Assembly: GCA_003560595.1 (NCBI GenBank)
Contig: PWKY01000095.1
Location: forward strand, 6,421 to 70,420
Direction: 5' to 3'
DNA: 64,000 nt
DNA from: Thermoplasmata archaeon
GTDB lineage: Archaea > Thermoplasmatota > Thermoplasmata > Halarchaeoplasmatales > Halarchaeoplasmataceae
Every line of letters begins with the position of its first letter. Positions within the stretch are counted from its first letter, which is position 1. Below the pieces are notes generated by a model. That model ran no database searches, was not told the DNA's origin, and saw only the letters and a program-made list of their open reading frames with translations. Below, in pieces: positions 55,428-64,000 of the stretch. The translations under genes and the position numbers were made by a program.

Positions 55428-57956
55428 CTATCCCTCTATATCCTCAACAGGCTCTTGGTTTAAGTCTTCCTCAATGAAATCTGCGTCGAGCTCTCCTTCC
55501 TCTATATCGATGATCTCTTCTTCCTCTTCCTCACCGATGACCTTTGACATAGCGATAAGTTTGTCATCCTTTTTCAACCGCATCACTCTTACACCCATGG
55601 TGTTCCTGCTCTGCAGGCTGATCTCATCAGCTACGGTACGTATGACCATACCGTTCTTGCTCATCAACATGATCTCGTCATCATCTTCTACCACTCGAGC
55701 GCAAACCACGTCTCCGTTCCTCTTGTTGGTCTTTATTGTGATCACGCCTTTGGCACCACGATGGGTCTTACGATATCTGCTGACTTCGGTCCGTTTGCCG
55801 TATCCGTTCTCCGTTAGGCTGAGTAGAATATCGTCATCATCCACCAGGGTCATGCTCACGACTTCGTTATCTCCTTCAACATCTGCGCCTTTGACCCCCA
55901 TGGTGTATCTTCCGGTAGCTCTGACCTCTCCTTCGTCAAACCTCACCGCCTTTCCGTTCTTCGTGGCCAGCAGCACTTCGCAGTTACCATCGGATAATTT
56001 GGTATCAACCAACTTATCATCATCTTGTAACCTTATTGCCCAGATGCCGGTAACTCTAGGTCGGCTGTATGCAGACAAGGCGGTTTTCTTTATCTTACCC
56101 TTTTTAGTTGCGAACATCAGGTACTGATCTTCGGAGAACTCGCTCACCGGTATCAGGTCCTTGATCTTTTCGTCTGGTTCCAGTCGAGGAAGTAAATTAA
56201 CGATAGGTCTTCCTCTGGACCTTCGCCCGCCCTTGGGAAGTCTGTATGCCTTGAGCCAATATACTCTGCCTTTGTTGGAGAAAAAGAGCAGGTAGTTGTG
56301 AGAGTTTGTCACGAACAGATCCACAACGTTATCTTCTTCCTTCGTATCCATACAGATCAAACCGACCCCTCCTCTTCTCTGCTGCCTGTATGTGTCGATG
56401 GTCAATCTCTTTATGTATCCCTTTTGAGTCAGGGTTACTACGTAGTCTTCGACCGGTATCAGATCCTCGTTCTCCATCTCAACTGCATCTTTGTCAATCG
56501 CCGTTCTCCTCTCATCTCCGTACTTATCTACCAGCTCTCTCAGTTCTTCCTTGATTATGTTGAATACCCTTTCTTCACTGCGAAGTATATCCCGATAATC
56601 CTTGATCTTTTCTTGTAACTCCTCGTATTCATCCTGCAGTTTCTCCCGTTCTAATCCGGTCAATCTTCTCAGCCGCATATTGAGTATAGATTGTGACTGA
56701 GCGTCACTGAGCAAGAATTTTGAACTCAAACGTGCTTTAGCTTCGTCCTGATCATCGGAACTTCGTATGATGCGTATAACTTCGTCAAGATTGTCCAGAG
56801 CAGTTAGCAAACCTTCAACTATATGCGCTCTTTCCTCAGCCTTTTTCAGATCGTACTTAGTACGCCTTTCCACCACATCTACGCGGTGGTCAACGTAGTA
56901 CTGCATGGTATCCTTTAATGGAAGTATCTCGGGCTCATTATCGACCAGGGAAAGGTTGAGCACTCCGAAGGTAACTTCCATCTGTGAATGTTTGTAGAGC
57001 TTGTTCAAAACGACCTCGGGTATGGAATCTCTTTTAAGCTCCAGCACGACCCTGATACCGTCCCTATCCGATTCGTCCCTGAGATCAGATATCTCAGGTA
57101 TAACATCATCCTTAACCAATCTAGCGAAGCTTTCGATCAGGTTGGATTTGTTGACCTGGTATGGGATCTCATCGATTATTATCCGGGCCTTCTTTTTCTT
57201 CTCTTCGATCCTAGCCTTTGCTCGTAACTTGATCTTCCCTCGACCAGTTTTATAGGCCTGGTAAACTCCTTCGTAGCCGTAGATTATCCCTCCGGTGGGG
57301 AAATCAGGTGCCGGTAGATATTCCATCAGATCTAACAACTCTATCTCAGGATCATCTATGAGCGCGATCAGCGCATCCACCAATTCGTTCAAGTTGTGGG
57401 GTGGAACGTTGGTGGACATCCCGACAGCTATGCCGGAAGACCCGTTCAGCAGGAGGTTTGGCAGCTTGGACGGTAGAACCTTCGGCTCTTCAAGCGACCC
57501 ATCGTAGTTATCTCTAAATTCAATGGTCTCCTTCTCCAGGTCCTGAAGCATCTCTTCGGCGATGGACTCCAACCTCGCTTCGGTGTAACGCATTGCCGCA
57601 GCGGAATCACCGTCGATGGAACCGAAGTTACCCTGCCCGTCTATGAGCGGATATCGGAGTGAAAAATCTTGAGCCATACGGACAAGGGTGTCGTAGACCG
57701 CTTGGTCCCCGTGGGGGTGGTACTTACCCAGTACGTCACCCACAACCCTAGCCGCCTTTTTGTGGGACTTTTTGGAAGATAGCCCTTCCTGGTACATGGA
57801 ATAAAGGATCCGTCTGTGAACCGGCTTCAAACCGTCCCTAACATCCGGTAGTGCCCTACCGACGATCACGCTCATGGCGTAATTTATGTAGGAATCCTTC
57901 ATCTCTTCTTCAATATTCTTTTCTAGTACTTTATCTGCAAAATCAACTTCTGACAT
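55428..57956 (-). CDS. gyrA: DNA gyrase subunit A
   Basis: [32 protein letters not shown], GyrA-box QRRGGVG, acidic tail. Confidence 0.98.
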   Translation of the reverse strand: MSEVDFADKVLEKNIEEEMKDSYINYAMSVIVGRALPDVRDGLKPVHRRILYSMYQEGLSSKKSHKKAARVVGDVLGKYHPHGDQAVYDTLVRMAQDFSLRYPLIDGQGNFGSIDGDSAAAMRYTEARLESIAEEMLQDLEKETIEFRDNYDGSLEEPKVLPSKLPNLLLNGSSGIAVGMSTNVPPHNLNELVDALIALIDDPEIELLDLMEYLPAPDFPTGGIIYGYEGVYQAYKTGRGKIKLRAKARIEEKKKKARIIIDEIPYQVNKSNLIESFARLVKDDVIPEISDLRDESDRDGIRVVLELKRDSIPEVVLNKLYKHSQMEVTFGVLNLSLVDNEPEILPLKDTMQYYVDHRVDVVERRTKYDLKKAEERAHIVEGLLTALDNLDEVIRIIRSSDDQDEAKARLSSKFLLSDAQSQSILNMRLRRLTGLEREKLQDEYEELQEKIKDYRDILRSEERVFNIIKEELRELVDKYGDERRTAIDKDAVEMENEDLIPVEDYVVTLTQKGYIKRLTIDTYRQQRRGGVGLICMDTKEEDNVVDLFVTNSHNYLLFFSNKGRVYWLKAYRLPKGGRRSRGRPIVNLLPRLEPDEKIKDLIPVSEFSEDQYLMFATKKGKIKKTALSAYSRPRVTGIWAIRLQDDDKLVDTKLSDGNCEVLLATKNGKAVRFDEGEVRATGRYTMGVKGADVEGDNEVVSMTLVDDDDILLSLTENGYGKRTEVSRYRKTHRGAKGVITIKTNKRNGDVVCARVVEDDDEIMLMSKNGMVIRTVADEISLQSRNTMGVRVMRLKKDDKLIAMSKVIGEEEEEEIIDIEEGELDADFIEEDLNQEPVEDIEG

Positions 57957-57965
57957 TTAACGACC

Positions 57966-60000
<2,035 letters not shown>

Positions 60001-60045
60001 ATCTTTCCGACCTCTACTGGGTATAAAAAGGAAAGCCTACTCCGC

Positions 60046-60348
60046 TTATCTAGATTTTATACCTTTGAGCAATTCCTCCTTCGCCTCTTTATCTAGCTTT
60101 TTTTGGAATAGATGATCCACTATCAATCCTATGGCTATCAGAGGAAATGTTAACCATATCAATACTGCATAGTTAAACAGAAAAGAGATCAGTATGAGCA
60201 ACCCGGCCGCAGCTGCAAGTATATATGGAATAACCCCTTCAAGTGTGATATCATATTCAAGGACTTCCATCTCCTCGGCGCAGAAACTACAAGTTTTATT
60301 CTTACCCTTGACATTTTTACAATCCCTACATATGTATCTCCGGGGCAT
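60046..60348 (-). CDS. Small zinc-ribbon membrane protein
   Basis: YICRDC..CSFC followed by two TM helices. Confidence 0.75.
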   Translation of the reverse strand: MPRRYICRDCKNVKGKNKTCSFCAEEMEVLEYDITLEGVIPYILAAAAGLLILISFLFNYAVLIWLTFPLIAIGLIVDHLFQKKLDKEAKEELLKGIKSR

Positions 60349-60485
60349 GTTAAAGGGATATACAAGCGCTATTTGATATTTTTGAATATATATGGGATCC
60401 TATACACCTATCAAGACAGTATAGATCCCAACGCGATCTCAAGGGCAATTCTTATTTTGCACATCGTGATAACAGAGATATAGAT

Positions 60486-61667
60486 ATGGCTAGTGATCTT
60501 CAAAAAAAGGTGTCGGAAATATTCGATGATTTTTCTATGGTATTAGAGCAGGAGCCGAGTATCGGCTCGATAACAGACGAAATGAGAGCGGTCATGGAAG
60601 AAGTCAAAAGATTCGACGCCCCCTATAATCTCAAATTAGAGGATCCTAAATATTATGTTCTTTTCTCTATCGTTTCTTTAGCCGATGGTGACCCCTATGC
60701 TGCTGAGGATTGGGCTAAAAAGAGTTTAAAAATAAAGAAAACGTGTCACGGGTTGATAGCTAGAGGTAACGCACTATTTAAACAGGGGGATCACAAAGGG
60801 GCGTTAGGAGTTTATGATGGGGCCCTAGAGTACTGTGATAATAAGGCGAATGTGCAACTATACCGATATAGAACATTGAAAAAAAGAGGTATGCACAAAA
60901 GAGCTATAAAGGCTCTTGAAAAAGCATTTAAAGATCAACGAAGTCATGAAATAATGGGTGAGTATGCCGATACTTTGGTAGATATAGGTGAGATCGATAG
61001 GGCTGAAAAGTACTATGAACGTATCGAAGAGATCACCGGCACAGACGAAAGAAGAAAGAAAAAGGCACAAGGTCTATTAGAAAAAGCCGGATCCCAGTCC
61101 CTGCCTGATGAATTCGATAAAGTACTCACCCTGGATAAAACGTGCAAAGAAGCATGGTTGGGTAAGGCCAAAAGGCATTGGAACCTTGGTGAGAACGAAG
61201 AGGCAATAAAGTGTTTAGAATCGTCTAGAGATCATCTGCAAGATGATTCCATCGATGATCTACTCAAAGATTACAGGGGCAATACCCCGATATTGAAGGA
61301 ATGTCCTTCCTGTGGAGGCGATGGAGGTTGTTCGAACTGTCAGGGGAGTGGAAACTGCGGTGGTTGTAAGGGAAGCGGCAACTGTCCCCGCTGCGGCGGT
61401 ACTGGTAATTGTGCTGATTGTAGAGGGACAAGGGAGTGCCCTGACTGTGAAGGAAAGGGTAAATCGGGGTTGATATTCAGATGTAAAAAATGCGGTGGTA
61501 CCGGTGTATGTCCTGATTGCGATGAATACGGGGTGTGCAAAGAGTGCGATCGATTGGGTGTTTGCACCTATTGCTCCGGGTCCGGTAACTGCGGGGACTG
61601 TAATGGAAGCGGCGTTTGCCGAAGGTGTGATGGGAAGGGGGAAATCGTAGAACGAAGAAGTCAATAG
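60486..61667 (+). CDS. TPR protein with C-terminal array of 12 DnaJ-like CxxCxGxG zinc-binding repeats
   Basis: TPR helices around aa 55-260; CPSC..CPDC x6, SGLIFR turn, CKKC..CRRC x6. Confidence 0.85.
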   Translation: MASDLQKKVSEIFDDFSMVLEQEPSIGSITDEMRAVMEEVKRFDAPYNLKLEDPKYYVLFSIVSLADGDPYAAEDWAKKSLKIKKTCHGLIARGNALFKQGDHKGALGVYDGALEYCDNKANVQLYRYRTLKKRGMHKRAIKALEKAFKDQRSHEIMGEYADTLVDIGEIDRAEKYYERIEEITGTDERRKKKAQGLLEKAGSQSLPDEFDKVLTLDKTCKEAWLGKAKRHWNLGENEEAIKCLESSRDHLQDDSIDDLLKDYRGNTPILKECPSCGGDGGCSNCQGSGNCGGCKGSGNCPRCGGTGNCADCRGTRECPDCEGKGKSGLIFRCKKCGGTGVCPDCDEYGVCKECDRLGVCTYCSGSGNCGDCNGSGVCRRCDGKGEIVERRSQ

Positions 61668-61728
61668 CTATCGAAAATCGCCGAACATTTTTTATTTATG
61701 GGGATGTTGATGCTGATACGGTGGTTCC

Positions 61729-63162
61729 ATGGAGGATAAAAGAATCAGAGAACATCCAGTACTGGAGTTCGAGCGTGGTCATGAGATACATTTTGATTTC
61801 GAGGGCGAAGAAGTAAAGGCCTACAAAGGCGAGACCATAGCCGCCGCTCTGTATGCAAACGGACTTGTCAAATTCACCGAGAGCAAACACCATCACCGGC
61901 CACGTGGTTTTTTCTGTGCCATCGGTAAGTGCTCCTCTTGTATAATGACCGTGAACGGGATACCGCATGTGAGAACATGCGTTACGCCGGTTGAAGAGGG
62001 GATGAAGGTGAAGAGACACGGTGCCCTTCCAGAGTTCCCGAAAGAGGTCCCACCCTCTTCACCGGAAGCGAAGGAATCCAAAGTCGATATCGCGGTTGTA
62101 GGCGGCGGTCCTGCCGGTTTATCCGCAGCCATAATAGCTGCACAGCATGGGGCTGATGTTCATCTATTCGACGAAGGGGACCACCAAGGTGGACAGCTGG
62201 TTAAGCAGACGCATCAGTTCTTCGGCAGTCATCTCGAGGAGGCGGGTACGAGAGGGATAGACCTTGCAGAGGATCTACTCCGGGAAGCAAAAAAGGCAGG
62301 GGTTAACCTGCATCCTGGAACCACGGTACTTGGATACTATCCCGAGAAAACTTTGGCGGTAGAGTCTAAAAACGGGCTCGAGATATATCACACGAAGGGT
62401 ATCGTGTACGCCACCGGTGCTGTGGAGAACTACTTGGCATTCGAAAACAACGACCTCCCTGGTATCTACGGGGCCGGAGGTGTGCAGACGCTGATGAACG
62501 AATACGGTATCATACCAGGTGAAAAAGTGCTGATGATCGGATCCGGTAACGTCGGTTTGATAGTTGGCTACCAGCTGCTGCAGGCCGGTGTGGATGTTGT
62601 CGAGGTGATAGAGGCCATGCCCAACTTCGGTGGATATCAGGTACATGCATCTAAACTGAGAAGGGCCGGAGTTCCCATAAGTACAGCGCACACTATCAAA
62701 AAGGCCCTTGGAACAGACCGTGTTGAAGGTGCCGTCGTTCACGTCCTGGATGAAGATTGGCAGCCGGTACCCGGTACCGAAAGGGAGTTGGAATGCGATG
62801 TTATATGCATCGCCGTAGGACTTCACCCCGACAATCAATTCGTACGTCAGGCCGGCGCCGAGATGAAGTACGTTCGAGAGTTGGGTGGTTTCGTACCTAT
62901 ACGTACCGAGGATATGGAGACCACGGTAGAGGGGGTATTTGTGGCGGGTGATTCCGCCGGTATAGAGGAAGCCACCGTGGCAGCCTTAGAGGGAAAGTTG
63001 GTTGGCTGCGCACTTGTCGAACGTTTGTTCGGCACTTCCGACGAAATATCGGATATGAAAGAAGATATCAAAGCAGGTATAGAGCAGATGCGCAAGGGCC
63101 CCTACGGTGAATATCCGCGAAGGGGTGTAAAGCTGTGTACTTTAGACGAGGAGGTGTGTTAG
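61729..63162 (+). CDS. FAD/[2Fe-2S] oxidoreductase alpha subunit (sarcosine oxidase alpha / proline dehydrogenase alpha-like)
   Basis: GETIAAAL, RGFFCAIGKCSSC..VRTC, GGGPAG, ATGA, AGD. Confidence 0.88.
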   Translation: MEDKRIREHPVLEFERGHEIHFDFEGEEVKAYKGETIAAALYANGLVKFTESKHHHRPRGFFCAIGKCSSCIMTVNGIPHVRTCVTPVEEGMKVKRHGALPEFPKEVPPSSPEAKESKVDIAVVGGGPAGLSAAIIAAQHGADVHLFDEGDHQGGQLVKQTHQFFGSHLEEAGTRGIDLAEDLLREAKKAGVNLHPGTTVLGYYPEKTLAVESKNGLEIYHTKGIVYATGAVENYLAFENNDLPGIYGAGGVQTLMNEYGIIPGEKVLMIGSGNVGLIVGYQLLQAGVDVVEVIEAMPNFGGYQVHASKLRRAGVPISTAHTIKKALGTDRVEGAVVHVLDEDWQPVPGTERELECDVICIAVGLHPDNQFVRQAGAEMKYVRELGGFVPIRTEDMETTVEGVFVAGDSAGIEEATVAALEGKLVGCALVERLFGTSDEISDMKEDIKAGIEQMRKGPYGEYPRRGVKLCTLDEEVC

Positions 63163-63633
63163 ATGACCGATTATAAAGAGACGGGGATACTTTCCTTGGA
63201 CGATATCAAAAAGCCTTCTGAAGATAGGTTGAAAAAGGGACCGGTGGTGGTGATAGAGTGCGTTGAGAATATTCCATGCGATCCGTGCGTAGCCGCCTGT
63301 CCAAAAGATGCTATATCCATGGATGAGATCACCGATATACCTTCTATCGATTTTGACGGATGTATCGGGTGTGCACTGTGTGTCACCGAATGCCCCGGTC
63401 TAGCCATATTCGTTGTTGACTGCACTTCCGACCCATGCACTATCACCGTACCATACGAGTACCTACCAGTACCTGAAAAAGGGGAAAAGGTGTTCGCTTT
63501 GGATCGAGAAGGAAAGAGGGTGCAGGTATCCAAGGTCGTTAGAGTGCGCTCCTCGGGTAAGACCTACGGTATAACCCTAGAGGTCGATAGAGAAAACATA
63601 TGGAAAGTTAGAGGTCTGGAGGTGAAAAGATGA
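63163..63633 (+). CDS. 4Fe-4S ferredoxin subunit of the same complex
   Basis: CVENIPCDPCVAACP and CIGCALCVTECPG; PYEYLPVP. Confidence 0.88.
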   Translation: MTDYKETGILSLDDIKKPSEDRLKKGPVVVIECVENIPCDPCVAACPKDAISMDEITDIPSIDFDGCIGCALCVTECPGLAIFVVDCTSDPCTITVPYEYLPVPEKGEKVFALDREGKRVQVSKVVRVRSSGKTYGITLEVDRENIWKVRGLEVKR

Positions 63634-63896
63634 CGGTCATGATCTGCAGGTGCGAGGATATCACGGAAGAGGAGATACTCGAAGCGATCTCACAAGGATA
63701 TACTGAGATAGAACCTCTCAAACGTCGCCTACGGATAGGCATGGGACAATGCCAGGGCAAAACTTGTATACCTTTGGTCGAAAGGATATTAGCTCGTGAG
63801 CGGTGTAAAAAACCGGAGGATATGGACGAGCCTACTGCTAGGCCGCCTTCCAGGCAGGTATCATTCGGTTTGTTGGCAGGTGATAGGGATGAGTGA
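63630..63896 (+). CDS. BFD-like [2Fe-2S]-binding subunit
   Basis: CRCEDIT..GMGQCQGKTC..RPP. Confidence 0.88.
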   Translation: MTVMICRCEDITEEEILEAISQGYTEIEPLKRRLRIGMGQCQGKTCIPLVERILARERCKKPEDMDEPTARPPSRQVSFGLLAGDRDE

Positions 63897-64000
63897 AAAG
63901 GCCGGTGCGGTGGTAATCGGTGGAGGAGTCAACGGCCTTGGTACCGCTTATCACCTTGCAAAGAAGGGATATACCGACGTTGTTGTTCTTGAGAAGTCCT
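63889..64000 (+). CDS. 5' end of FAD-dependent oxidoreductase beta subunit (DAO/sarcosine oxidase beta-like), truncated by the window edge
   Basis: MSEKAGAVVIGGGVNGLGTAYHLAKKGYTDVVVLEK; ATGA overlap with the upstream stop. Confidence 0.85.
   Translation, partial: MSEKAGAVVIGGGVNGLGTAYHLAKKGYTDVVVLEKS

Noticed and set aside
55342-56127. 261-aa plus-strand ORF
   Set aside because: Antisense shadow of gyrA; its Ser-rich composition mirrors GAA/GAT codons on the coding strand.

Overview
Archaeal chromosomal segment. Evidence: TBP, archaeal-type GlyA, Dph6, geranylgeranyl reductase, Trm5/Taw2-type methyltransferase, an intron-containing tRNA-Trp and a PGF-CTERM sorting signal. GyrBA plus very D/E-rich proteins suggest a Thermoplasmatota/Euryarchaeota lineage, possibly from a saline habitat; this is inference. 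The window holds about 60 CDS, mostly for peptide and amino-acid catabolism (DUF885, TldD/E, M42 and M55 peptidases, glycine cleavage H/T/L, GlyA, a sarcosine/proline dehydrogenase-like operon). It also encodes a Na+-translocating oxaloacetate decarboxylase-type operon with biotin ligase, a B12/Fe-type ABC importer, a class II photolyase and gyrase. There is one apparently intact IS200/IS605 element (TnpA+TnpB) and three tRNAs (Gly-CCC, Trp-CCA with a 169-nt intron, Arg-TCT). No rRNA or CRISPR array was seen. The most unusual observations: a duplicated tRNA-Arg 5' half interrupted by a 59-nt double-hairpin insert; an expanded C/D-guide intron in tRNA-Trp; tRNA 3'-end duplications with a hairpin array; a TPR protein with 12 nested CxxC motifs; a degenerate Mrr-TPR-coiled-coil giant protein; a TatD gene whose metal-binding motif lies upstream of any canonical start codon; a 4xCBS-HPF hibernation-factor candidate; and two small genes missing from the ORF track. 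Start codons were adjusted by eye; all family assignments come from motif recognition, not database searches.
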